Shown piece by piece: positions 48,165 through 60,620 of a stretch of DNA of 64,000 nt (position 1 is its first letter; each line of letters begins with the position of its first letter). Source of the DNA: Bugula neritina. Taxonomy: Eukaryota; Animalia; Bryozoa. Position numbers and translations under genes: made by a program. The stretch lies in assembly GCA_964035545.1 (NCBI GenBank), contig OZ037767.1, forward strand, positions 19,670,628 to 19,734,627, read 5' to 3'. The notes beneath the pieces were generated by a model. That model had not been told where the DNA came from. It made no database searches and saw only the letters and a list, made by a program, of their open reading frames with translations.

Positions 48165-49289
48165 CTATTGCTATTTCTAAATGCTGTTGACGCAGTTGTG
48201 TAAATTTTATTGAAATCCACACGACATTCTCTCTCCATCACTACTCATTTAAGTGCCAAAAGCGAAAAATTTCATAATGTTCACCCAAGTTTTTGAAAGT
48301 CAAAGAAGTTGGTGTTGAACTCTTATAGTAGACCTTTGTGGTTAAGCTAGCAAAATGCTGTTGAATATTCAATGTATGCCATTACTTAGCAAGTCGTCAA
48401 TTACTTATGAGTACACGATCAAGTTTGCACACATCATCGCGATGAAAAGTCACCACATATCTTTTTCTGACTTTAATATAGTTACTTCAATATAAATAGG
48501 TTTTTAGTTGACTTTTAGTGTCATGAAGATGATAGATGAACCATTTTTAAGGAGACTCTTTGAGGCATTGACCAATCCTCTCATCACTTTGTTGATGCTA
48601 ATTTGAAAATTAGCAATTTTATATTCATGAACTTTGATGCTTTCAAATAATCTAAGAACAACAATGCTGGTAGCTGTTATATTCCTATTAGTAAAAATAA
48701 AAACTTCATATTTATATTATGCAAGCCATAAAACAACTTTTATTCTGTTGGAGCTGTATCCGTGTACACTGATCCTGAAGGAATTAACATCTGGACTAGT
48801 TGCAAATATTGTCTTATTATATACTGATTTTATAAAGAATGGACATTTGGACTAATGCAAATATTTTCTCATTATACACTGATTTTGTAAAGAATGGGCA
48901 TCTGGACTAATGCAAGTATTTTCTCTGCCTGCTTAGCACCTATATTTGTTAGTTTCTTTTCTATGTTTATAGCACCAAAACAAACTACCCTCATTGTTAG
49001 GATCACTGTCGATATTTTTCATGAAGTCCCCAAAATGCTTTCATTGAGAAAATTTACCTTTTCAATCCCTTTTTTATCATGCTCTATAACTTAGAGATAC
49101 AGTACTAGTTGATATGGTTATACAAGGTGATCAAAAAGTTTATTGTGAAAAATATAATAAAAGTTGCATAATTTTTTAATGGGGCATTTCTTTCTCATTG
49201 TGATATTAGTCTGGGACACATTCATCCTAATGAGATGGAAATACTGTGCTATAAAAATATGCATTTACCAAGTTTACTTATATAAAATT

Positions 49290-50230
49290 GCAAGCATTCA
49301 TTTGTGGTAAGCTGCAAAACAGTTTTTGTACATTGGTTTGTCGCAGGTATCACAGATAGTGTTTATTCATGTCTCCTTTTTCTGCTCGGCACATAAACGA
49401 CAGTGTCTATGATTTGTATGTTGACCAGGTAAATTGGTCGGTGTTTCCATGATATTTGCCTTTTTGATAGCCTGCTTTTTTGCTCCTTCTTTTCATTGGT
49501 TTTCTGCTAACAAAGTTTTGGCCAACTCAGTGATAAATGATAGAAATGGTATTTTTGTCTGTGCAGGTCGGCATGCAGTACCCAAGTATTTACCTCACTA
49601 GCCATCAAAAGGCGAAAAAATAATTTCTTCCACCACTTCTTAGATTTTCTGTCAAGTTCATATATGCTTGCCATGTAATCACCTCTTTCAACACCTCTCA
49701 TTGTGATGCGATAGAAAACTTTTAGTTCTGATCACTAACACTTCCATCTTTCAACTTCTTTTTCACCAATCATTGCTATGACAGTTACTAAGTACAACTA
49801 TTTCTTTGATATCTCACCATTTACCTCCAATGACTCCATAGTCATTAGTTTAGAACAACGATTCACCGGGTCGAAGCTTGTCAGTCATAAACTTTGACAG
49901 GTTCTTACGGCCCATGTTACAGATAATCACAGCAGCAAATTGAACTGTGCACAGCAAAGCCATCACTACATTTGGTATCTCCTAATAGATCTTCACCATT
50001 TATACCATCGTCTCTCTCTTGATCATACACAGTCAGACTTTGCGTCACCTTGTATCCACATTTTGCTTCCTTTTTGACGGATTTCAGTAGTACGTATTGC
50101 TTGAGAGATAAACACCATATAAATTTGGTCATTGACTCATCAATAGATTAATATGTGCTATCTTCTCCGCAAAAAAGAAATTTACCTTTCAAGCATTGAA
50201 TCTTTTCATCAATGTAGTAGGCTGGGCATG
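49290..50230 (-). mobile_element. piggyBac-like transposase relic
   Basis: SIDESMTKF, LKQY, MRGVERGD (MGGVD-like), RKSKKWWKKLFF, and a C-terminal Cys-rich domain near 49300-49410; many stops and frameshifts. Confidence 0.85.
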
Positions 50231-50278
50231 CATGCTTCTGTGTTTCCGCCACAGTTTTGAAAGTTTTACCCCTTCACG

Positions 50279-52900
50279 TCTCCTTTTGGGCACCTTTTCA
50301 CCTCAGCTTGGCGTTGGGCTACGTGCTCAGCAAGCCCATTCCACCCTTGACAAAGAGCTTCATCTCACACAGGGTGCGCGATGCGAGAGCATAGCTGGGG
50401 ATAACCAACGCCCCACGCATATCCACATGCAGATGCGCCGGGTCTAGACCCCCAGAGTCTTCGGCTAATATCCTCCGTAGTTTGTCCACATGCGCCAGAT
50501 TAACCATCCACCTGACAGAGTGCGTAGTGACATGATGACAAAATCACGGTCCGTGAAACCTATCGCCCGCAGAAAACCCGCGCTTGCTAGGCTAACTGCT
50601 CCTCTCCAGTTGAGGGTTGTACTTCTAAATTGCCAGGTGGCCTCTTCGCACAATCCTCTGCACCAATGATGAATCTCCGGGCAGTCATAATACCTGATTT
50701 TTTCTTGATGGGCCCTATCGAGATCCCATCCATCTCCCGTGATGGCAACATCACACACAATTGCTTAGTCGCCCCTCCAAGCCACAAGATCAGGTTTGCG
50801 AAAAGTCTGATGGTAAGGGATGATTGGTTCCTCTAGCTTGGAGAAACCTAATCTGCGCAACCTTTCAGAGACATACTTGGCCACGTAGTTGTGCCGTTTG
50901 ATACGTGACCCATGTGAGCGAAAGCAAGTTTGCAGTACATGACCTCGTGTGGCCGTATAGTTTGGGCCACAGGTTGAACATTTGTCTGAGTGATCGCGAT
51001 CTATCCGATGCTTCCTGCTCGGCGTAACTACAAGGTTCGCTCTCAAGAGAGTTCCCCTTACATACTCTGCACCACTGACAAGTTCGACACTGTCGGGCAA
51101 GACCCAAGCATGAGTTTTTGGTACTAGGTTGTGGTGAATCAGGATACAACCATCCGCCGACTCATGGAGTTTTTCCTCCCAGCTTTTGACTCTAGGCGGC
51201 ACCCTTTGATCCAGGGCGCTCGACCTATTCAGAGATTGAACTCGACCCGAGCGTAGAAACGCATAATTGCGTTCTCCCCATCGACTTTCGTAAAGGAGCC
51301 AATGGGAAACACTATCCTCGTACCTCATGAACTGCCGAAGCCTTCTTTTGCGTAGTTCATGAATTTCATGAATTGCACTGGCAAAATGAATATGCACCTT
51401 CAACCATTTCTTACATTCTGCTCGCACTATATAATCTAGATGCGTCAGTACTTTTCCAGTTGGAGGCGATAAGATGAGTGCGTGATAGTGTTTAGGTATT
51501 TAAAAGGTTCTTAGTAAAAATAGCCTTTGTTGCGGCTTGAGGGGTGCTTTTGATAGTTTCTTTACAGATGACTCCAAACTCTTTGCGGGATTGGTCCCGA
51601 TGTTCAACGAACCTATCTGGACACCAAGGTACTTGTAGGTGTCTACGACACTTAACGCAGGTACCTTAGCACCAGTTAGCTCTAGAAAAGGTCTATCATC
51701 GCAAACCCATTTGCCATGCAATACCTTGATGTTTAATGTGGCGCATTTGACTGGATTAGCTATCAAACCAGCCATAGAGAATTGTTTTACCAACTCACAG
51801 TTTACCTGTAGGCCGGCACTGTCTTCACTCATGATGACGAGGTCGTCCGCAAAAGCCAAGAATTTGACCCTCTCCTCTCCCAACACATACCCAATGTCTT
51901 TCCTTAGTTTTTCAGTACAACAGTCCATGACAGCATTGAACAGATGCACTGAAATCGAATCCCCCTGCTTTATACCTCTTCTTGAACTAATCGGTTCTGA
52001 CAACTTCCCGTCCAGAACAATTCTAGTACTGCTAGCCTTATAAAAATTGTAGCAATACGTAATGAAATGATCTGGTACCCTAAGTCTTCTGCAGGAGGTC
52101 CACAGTGCATCGTGCCCAACGCTGTCGAAGGCCTTCCTCAAATCAATGAATGCAACTCTCAGGTTTTTCCCCTTCTTTTTTGCGTCCGTAATGCATCTCT
52201 GAAGAATCAGAGCGTTCATGAATATTCCATCTCCCTTACGGAATCCTTTTTGCCTCTGTGAGATAGGCAAGAGTCGCTCTAGCCTATTTCCCAGAATGCT
52301 GTGGAACAACCTAGTGAAAACCGAACACACAGTAATGGGTCTGTATTCACTAGGGTCCTGTGTACCCACAACCTTTGGAACCAGAATTGTCCTACCTTCA
52401 CATATAGTTGATGGCGTTTTTCCACACAGGAGCCACAGATTAAAGAACGAGGCTAGTTCCTCAGCTTTGGTGTTATTCTTCAATTTTTTTCATGTAAACC
52501 CGTCTGGTCCTGGTGCTCCCTTGTTCTTGACTGCAAGCGCTTGTTCTATTTCTTGGGCTACTATCGGCGCCAGTAGCTCGTTTAGTTGTGGATGCTGTTC
52601 ACTACATCTAGGCATAGTTTCATCAGGGGGTCCCCTCCCTAGAAGCCCCTCCCAATACGCTTCTGCGCCTTCCGGTAGACACCCTTTGCTCTGCCCTAGT
52701 GTACCCAACAAAATTTGGTCCACTAGTCTTCCTGGATCTTTTCTAAATAGTTGTTGTGCCTTTCTATACATTCTTCTACGTGTCTGGTTTTTACTAACCG
52801 GCATTCCCTCTGGGATGTTCTTCTTGTTCGTTTGTTGCTTCAGGGGGGAAACCTCCTGATGAAAGTTCTGTCTAGATACTCCTGTGTAAGTTCAAGTGGT
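50279..52900 (-). mobile_element. R2-clade non-LTR retrotransposon family B (RT, CCHC, restriction-like endonuclease, 3' UTR), degenerate
   Basis: APGPDG, YRPIT, DLRKAFDSV, GIKQGD, FADD, YKYLG; CSTC...HVLQTC, RHN, RKPDLV...D...K; stops and frameshifts present. Confidence 0.92.
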
Positions 52901-52979
52901 AGGTAATTTTCATTACCGGATATGTGGGTCTCATTGATCGCTTCCTTCAGGGCTTTTCTATAATCTCCTTGCTCATCGT

Positions 52980-55490
52980 GGGAAGGTAACCACCTCGACA
53001 CAGCTCTCCGCACCTAAACATCTAGTCTCACGAGTAGGCTTTTTGTAGGATCCCCCAAGACAAGGCTGTGAGTGAGCCTTGGCAGCAGATGCGTTCTAAG
53101 GATCTTCATGCGTTGCTGAGGTTCAAGTTGGTCAGAAGAAATATTCTGCAACCACTTCGTGACGGATTCGGTACAAGCACTATACAGCTCTCTCCTCTCA
53201 TCACGCCTAGAAGTACCGACACGAATGCCAAGGTACTTATAGATCTCCCCAGCAGCGAGCAATGGTATGGCTTGATCCTTGACGCTGAGAATGGATGGAT
53301 GAACCACCCACCTCCTGCCGGCTTTTCGCTTATGGACATGAATGTCCACAGTGGCGCACTTCTTTGGGTTCACCTCCATACCTACCCTCCTGAGATGCTC
53401 GGTGTACGCAGTAAGAAGCCTCTGCAAATTCCGTAAGTTCTCAGCAAGAAGAACTACGTCGTCTGCAAAAGCCATGTGGTTTACTCTGACTTCCCTGTTT
53501 AACTCAACTCCCAGGGAAGAGTCTAGTTTCTTGACACAGCTGTCAATGACAAGATTGAACAAGAAACAACTGAGAGGGTCACCCTGCCTAACACCCTGTC
53601 GTAGCTGGATCGGATCGAAGATCTCGTGTCCAACACGCAAGCGTGTTCGCCACCCTGAGTAGAGATCACGTAGGTTATCGACTAGGGGAGCAGGGACACC
53701 CGCACTAGGCAAGACGTTGAAGATTGAAGCATGATTCACAGTCAAACGCCTTTTTTCAACATCCACATAGCAAACACTAAGAGGGCGCAACTTAGCTGGA
53801 TTAGTGCGCTCTCTAATGATTTCTTGTAGTAGAGAAACATTGGTACCCACACCATCACCTGGCCTAAAGCCCCTTTGCATTTCGGAGATCGGAACAAAGT
53901 TCTCGAATCTCCAAGCCAATATCCTGTGGTAGAGTCTGGTGAGACAGCTAGTGACAGTAATGGGCCGGAAGGCTGCCGGGTCATTTTCACCCTGTACCTT
54001 AGGTATCAGCGTAGTAAGCCTCTCCTGTAATGCTGTTGGCGCACGCGCCACAGCCATCCAGATGTTGAACAAACAGGCTAGGCGCTCACTGGCAACCCGT
54101 TGACCTGACTCTAGGACAGCCTGTCAAGACCCGCTACGCCCCTAACTCCTCTGAGAGCTCGTGTAACTTCATCAGATGTAATCATTTCAGCTATTTCCCA
54201 ATGAACGCGTTCAGGCGGAGGGTACACCAATGTATCCTGAACGCTTCCTTTGCTGAGCAACTCCCGCCAAATTGGCAAAACGTCGTTGAGTGCAGGGCCT
54301 TTCGTTGAACACCTCCAGGTATCATCCATGACTTCTTTGATTGTCTTGCTACAGTCATCTTTATAACTCTTTCCGTTTAGCCCCTCCAGAGATACTGTCT
54401 TCGGTGTTCGTTTGAAATTTTGACGTGTTGTCTTTGCAGAAAACAACACCCTCTGCAAGAAATCCACAGCACCCTGTGAATCGTTCTCAAGTTGAGGCCA
54501 GGTGGTTTGGGCATCAATCTTGCCATTAGTCCACTCAGCTAGGAACTCGAGGTCTAGCCTATCGAGTCTCTCACTCTTCCACTCATTCTGGCCTACGGTG
54601 ATGGGCCTGTCTTCTACTATGCTACTCGCTCCCACAGAGTTAGTATTCCTTGCAAGCCTAGCATCATTAAGCATTTGGTTGAAGATGTCATACCTTGCTC
54701 TTGCTCTAATCGCTTCTGCGGATCTGTTTGGGTGCCTCACATGCAAAGCTCTGTACAGCTGTGCTTTGACTGGGTATGCTAGTTCTAATTCTACCCAGTC
54801 ATGGGCTAAATAGACTAATTCGTCCCTTTTCTAAACAGTCCGGTTCTTGCCCTCTTCTACAACCTCCTGCTCTCGCTCAACTTTCCGAAAATACCACTCC
54901 GTGTGCGCGCTTCTCTGATGTTGTGAACATCCTACTTGGGAAGGATAGCGGTTTGTCCACTCTTGATATCCGCACAGCCACTTGGGCACGCAAGCACATG
55001 AGTACATGCGCGAGGTTCCCGCTTTCTCTTCCCCACACTCATCGCACCGGCCCCGATGCTCAAGCCGAGCACGAGAACTACTGATTCCGGTCGCCCCTGA
55101 CTGGGGGCAATCAAAAGCCGACGACTTAAATTATCATCTCTGTGTGCTTTGGAAACCAGTAAATAAGGCGACGCAAAGCGGGGTGTCAACCCACCTGCGG
55201 GGAGACACCTGCACTGCACAGGTGTCCCGTATTTGTTCAACGTCTACACCCTTGGGCAGACGCTGGCTGGATTAGTAGTGTGGGCGACCACCTATCTGAG
55301 GATAGATGGAAGTACTCTATTACGGAGTTGGGCACATATGTCCCCTGATCCACACGAGTCTCTCCACGACGAGGGGCCGAGGCTTACCCCTAAAGACAGC
55401 CGCGATGCCTGGCGTCTACGGCCACCAGGAATCCCGGCTGGCGCAAAGAGCTGTGCCTCTCTACTAAGACGTTCCAGACAGGTTAAGAGA
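52980..55490 (-). mobile_element. R2-clade non-LTR retrotransposon family A, copy 2 (5' UTR, ZF/Myb, RT; 3'-truncated)
   Basis: FRPIT, QRGF, GVRQGDPLS, FADD, YKYLG, PQQR in ORF 53014-54072; N-terminal zinc-finger and Myb pieces upstream. Confidence 0.92.
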
Positions 55491-55504
55491 TAACTGCTAC
55501 AACT

Positions 55505-55728
55505 ATGTCTGGAAGAGGTAAAGGAGGCAAAGGACTTGGAAAAGGAGATCTGCTAAGAGGCAAAAAAAGGTGTTGCGTGATAACATCCAAGGTATCACTA
55601 AACCTGCAATCCGTCTTGCAAGAGGCGGTGTGAAAAAAATCTCTGGACTAATCTACGAAGAAACCAGAGGTGTACTCAAAGTATTCCTTGAGAATGTCAT
55701 CAGAGATGCTGTGACCTACACTGAGCAC
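55505..55728 (+). pseudogene. H4: Histone H4 pseudogene (frameshift, two codon deletions, 3'-truncated)
   Basis: [14 protein letters not shown], then frameshift, then [53 protein letters not shown]. Confidence 0.95.
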
Positions 55729-56035
55729 TGGCAATAAGAAAAAGAAGAGGAAAAGGAAAGAAAGCTATGGAATCTATATTTATAAAGTCTTGAAGCAGGT
55801 GCACCCTGACACTGGTGTCTCCAGCAAGGCAATGTCTACCATGAACAGTTTCGTCAATGATGTGTTCGAAAAAATTGCTGATAAAGCATCAAGACTTGCT
55901 CATTACAATAAAAGATCCCCGATTACCAGCCGGGAAGTGCAGACCGCAGTGAGGTTAATCCTCCCAGGAGAATTAGCCAAGCACGCTGTATCTGCGGGTA
56001 CAAAGGCAGTCACCAAATACACCAGCTCCAAGTAG
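55727..56035 (+). pseudogene. H2B: Histone H2B pseudogene (5'-truncated, fused to H4)
   Basis: [28 protein letters not shown]...AVTKYTSSK*; no start codon, several substitutions at normally invariant sites, no 3' stem-loop. Confidence 0.95.
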
Positions 56036-56062
56036 ACGTCTTGAGTCCCTGATTCATACCCC

Positions 56063-56333
56063 ATGTAAATTTGGTCATTGACTCATCAATAGATTGATAT
56101 GTGCTATCTTTTCCGCAAATAAGAAATTCACCTTTCAAGCATTGCATCTTTTCATCAATGTAGTAGGCTGGGCATGCATGCCTGTGTTTCCGCCACAGTT
56201 TTGAAAGTTGTACCCCTTCACTCGTGTCAAACAAGCTGTAATTAGTTTTGTATAAATTGAATCGTTTAAGCCAATCAGTGAATAAGTCTAGTTTAGAGTA
56301 GTCAAATTTAGTTGAAAGCTGCAACTGAAACAT
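56063..56333 (-). mobile_element. Chimeric relic: gag-like N-terminus joined to a duplicated piggyBac fragment
   Basis: FDYSKLDLFTDWLKRF resembles a Gypsy gag start; 56063-56221 repeats 50123-50278 (DSTYQSIDESMTKF). Confidence 0.7.
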
Positions 56334-56747
56334 TTTTAGTGATGTATAAAATGTTGGATGTCAATTAAGTGCAATAAATATTCTCAAATAGACTAATATA
56401 TTTTTTCTTTATGATGAAATGGCTGCCACCACGTTGTTAGTTTATGTTTAATAATGCTAGCTCCGCAGCATATTACTAAACATAACAAAGCAGTAATATG
56501 ATTTCAATAAGATGCTTCAAAATACATAGCTCAAATATTACATGAGTAGCAGTAATAATGTAATGACTTAAAGCTTTTGTTAGTTCAAAAGTCAAATGTA
56601 GTTGTAGCTGTGTATTGTAATCTTCAAAAACAATTGCTAAAAAAAATTGAGCCCTAAAGACTATATCCACATGTTCAACCTTATATTTCCTATTGATATA
56701 TTTTTTCTTCAGTTTTCTATATTTTTTTCCAATTTTGGTTGAATACT

Positions 56748-57990
56748 CCCCCCCCCCCCCCAAGATACTGTGATCGAGTCTGATGAGAACAGATCCCACT
56801 GTGATGGGTCTGAAATGACTCGGGTCAGTAGTACCTAGGACTATCGGAATAAGAGTTGTCTTTTCACAAATCCTGGATGGACAGAACCACAATACAGCCA
56901 TCAGTTAAAAAGATATGCGAGTTTTTTAGTTTGTCCATTATCATCCGCCATGTTGGGGCATCCTGTCCCAGTACCCCACTACTCTTCCGGGAGAAGTATT
57001 TGACAACCTCCTCTTCCGAGATGGGGCCCATAAGACAGTCCAGCCTGTCGTGGGGATCCTCATACTCTGGCACATTGACTGGAGATTTCCTCCTCAACAG
57101 CTTAGTCCGGAACTCATCTGCACCTGCAGGTATAGTTACTTTGAAATCAAAGTCCTCCTGCAAAATGCCATTCATAAGACGCTTGTGGTCTCAGCACAAT
57201 TTCCTCTGTACTCTTTTGAAGAAACGTCGACGTCTGCGATAACTCGTATGAGTCTTCGAGAGAGCCGCAAGGTCTTCATCGTGCCTGGTGGTAACACCCG
57301 AACTGGTCCTTTGAACTGCCGGGAAGAGCCTCTCCAGTGATGTGTCGAGCACACTTTGGTCGATGATGATACTTTCATTTGAAATTTCTCTCCCAAAATT
57401 GAGAGACAGTCAACGTGCTTTATGATCGTATTCAGCTCTTCATTGGTTAAGGGAATATGTAAGGCTTCTACAGATTACGTTTCAGGTATATTTTCCATTC
57501 TGTCGTATTCCTCAGCCAGAAGCTGAGAATATCTTGCTTTCTCATTACGCTGACCCTTGATGGATTCCAAACTATATTCAGGAAGACACTTTAGGAGCTC
57601 CTGGTTTATATACCTTACTCCTTGCTGTTTTAACCTAACTTCTTCCCTAACCAATCTGATAAACATTCCATCATCCTATCTGATCTTTCTCGCTTCCCTT
57701 TCAGCCTCTTCTTGGTGGTATTTTTCTTCATGTGCTCTTTTTAAATGGTGAGATAGTCTGCCTAATGTTCTGTACACCGTGCCGCATGAGGTGCATTGAT
57801 GGAAATTGCAAATCTGACGAATCCATGATCGATCAGATTCCCATCCCACATACTTAGGAACTTCGAAAAAGCTCGCGTTTGTTTTCCTTTCATTCCTGGT
57901 GTCACAGTTTGCGTTGCCACACCGCTTTAGTGTACACACACCTGCGTCATCAGAAGTAAAAGCCCCTGTAAGGGTTTCGTTACACCTTTT
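56748..57990 (-). mobile_element. R2-clade element family C, 5' fragment (C2H2 finger, Myb, start of RT)
   Basis: CTSCGTVYRTLGRLSHHLKRAH; INQELL...SLESIKGQR; HFRPITVGSVLIRL; ends in a G-run. Confidence 0.85.
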
Positions 57991-58649
57991 TTTTGGATCA
58001 TATCTTCTGGATTGAGAAAACCTTCAGTTTAAAAAAGAAAGATAAAGCAAACTGTGGTAATGCATTATTAGGTGCTAGAAAAAGGCCAGCGTTACCGACT
58101 CTCACCACAAGGAGGTTGCGCATTAAAAGAGTGTTTACCCTTTGTTAATCCGTAAAAACTGTAGCGACAAAACATGATATATACGTCCAGCAGAACCAGC
58201 ATCTAAGTGACTAACAAATATAAAAAAAATCCTAATATTACATTTCAAAGTAATTAGCATAATTCAAAAACATAGTGTTCACATTAATAGTAGAATTATA
58301 CATAGCCATTAATGGACACATACCTCTGTGTTCGCACTATGAGATGCAGATAACTATATTATTCGTTAAACTTACTATATATCTTCTTTTACAAATCCGT
58401 GTATAAAAAACTACATGCTATTGACTAGTAATAACTTTCAACTGCCTTACTTGTATAAGTATATTAACCTGATGCCATTATGTTATGATACAGCCACAAA
58501 TATGATGCAATGATGATGCAATACGCTATGGCCATGCACAAGTATGATACCACTGTCAGCAGAAAGTAAACAAGGGTATTTTTACTATTAAATTGAAAGA
58601 TAAAAGCATAAAAATGTTATAGGTGGTTTTTAATATGGTAAAATTTATT

Positions 58650-60130
58650 CATATTTTTAAGTAGCCCTAGGTGAACTGTTTGAGAAGCCATGCATGTAAC
58701 AAGTAATCTCCATCTTTTTCTTTCAGTTCTTCCATCTTTGACAGTAAATGGTCCGAAACAATCCCGGCCTAAAAATTGAATGGTGGTGCTAGTTCTGTTA
58801 TGTCAGCAGGTAACCGTGTCATTTGCTGTTCACATCTGCCACGTTGTTTCTTGCATATAGCACAGTATTAAATCACAGAAGCTATTAATCTGTGGGCACC
58901 AATAAGCCAATGTCTAGCTGTTCTCAACTTGAAGAGTTTTAAACTTCTGCTTTTATGAGCAACTTTGTCATGGTAATAGCCAATCAGAAGTTTTGAGACA
59001 TGAGTGTGCTTGGGCAAAGTGACTGGATGCTTTTTCGAGAAATTCAACATACTCTTTTGATGTCTACCACCTACTCTAACAATATCATTTTCGTTGATTG
59101 GATCAAGGTGAAAAATCGAACTTTGTTTACTTACCTGCTTGCCTTTTGTTAGTCGGTAAGTTTCTGTTGAAAAATTTTCATGCTGTACACACTTCAAATC
59201 ATCCGTCATATTGACCAGTTGTATTATGGAATCTTTCCACTTTGATGTGTAGCTTGTGTGATACTTTTTTTCACAATTTTAGAAGCATGCATGTTTTGAT
59301 TTGGCTCAGTAAATTCTTAATTTTGAAATTTTGTTTTTTGTGATTCAGGTTGTCCAGAAGATTGATAATGCTTTGCTGCGGTTTTCCTCAGCTCTTTCAG
59401 TTTTATTGGACTGTCAGAATGCGTTGATGTTAGGTGTTCTTTATGGCATAACTTGCATTGCCTTCGAGTATGACATTTTTTAGACATGTGACTGGTAGCA
59501 CTTCTAGCATAGTCTATTCTACTTTACATTTTGTGTTCGCTCCTCATATGTCTGCGAACGAAACTTTCTACACATGCTTATATCATATTTAGGCGTTTTG
59601 CGGTACAAGTCCCATGTTTGTTTACTGTTTGGTGGACTTTTACTGACACTGGTGAGAAAGGTGTGTCGACTGTTGCGCTTTGATGTGTTTTCTTGAGCTT
59701 GTGATCGATCTGACGATTTGCTTACAATCTTTTTGCTGTTAATCTGCTGGTAAATTGGTTCAAATAGTAGCTCAGCTTCTGATTCCACAAACTGCGCAAA
59801 CTCGCTGGAGGTTGGGTACCTCGCTTTTTTCTTTTTACAGTAAAAACAATGCCTGCCCATTTTCTTTGTGTATGGCAGTTTGTGGTCTAGCTTTTCATTT
59901 CGCATTTTCACAATCTCAATTTCCATTCTCAAAATTGCAGCTTTATGAGGTGTGAGTTTTTTAAGCATTTCCCAACACTTCTACCAAAATAATCATGTTT
60001 GCCATTTTCATCTGCTGCTAATAATTGATCTATTTTTTATTGTGTCTTTTTTTGGCTGCTGTCTGCTTTGTATCACTTTATCAGTGGTCTCAATTTCTTG
60101 TAAGATATTCTCTGGCGGCGTAATGTCATC
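58650..60130 (-). mobile_element. BEL/Pao retrotransposon 5' relics (gag with zinc knuckles, internal deletion, integrase N-terminus)
   Basis: EFAQFVESEA, CRKF, CKLCHKEH; LDP...VRVGGR...KHPVTLPK, DCFGPF, TCMASQTVHL. Confidence 0.85.
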
Positions 60131-60464
60131 TATACTACTACAAAATACATGACTTGATCTGTATTAAAACATTCTCTAATTTTAAAGTTTTTTTTTTAAA
60201 TTCAGTTAGTTAGCTTAAGGTTAAACAAACCTTTCTGCACTACTCTTGTTATCCATAAAGCTGAGCAATTGAAAGAAATGCCATTTTTGAGGTTCAATTG
60301 GACTGGAGCCACTGGGTGATTTTAGTTGTTCTCTTTTCAATCCTGTGAGTGTCCCGTCGGTTTCGATACTTCAGAGAACATGCTTCTTCTAAATATAATG
60401 AAAGTCAAAAAGTAAACTTGAAAAGTGGTAGATTAAGTATCTGATTACAATAGACATAATTAAT

Positions 60465-60620
60465 TCATTGAACTGACCAACTATCATCTAATAAATCTCC
60501 CATTTCTTTGCTAACGTCTTTCCAATTGTTTTCTTTTACAGTTTTGTGCATATAATATTTATGGTTTTTATCCCACAAGCATGGTCTTTTCCTGACATGA
60601 AATGCAAACAAAATTAATAT
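60465..60620 (-). mobile_element. MADF/Myb-SANT fragment, possibly from a PIF/Harbinger element
   Basis: VRKRPCLWDKNHKYYMHKTVKENNWKDVSKEMG fits the MADF pattern; isolated, with no intact gene structure. Confidence 0.6.

Noticed and set aside
50279-55490. One full-length active R2 element
   Set aside because: Contains two separate RT domains from different families, each with stops and frameshifts.
55790-56035. Functional H2B variant
   Set aside because: No N-terminus or ATG, no promoter, no stem-loop, and fused to a frameshifted H4.
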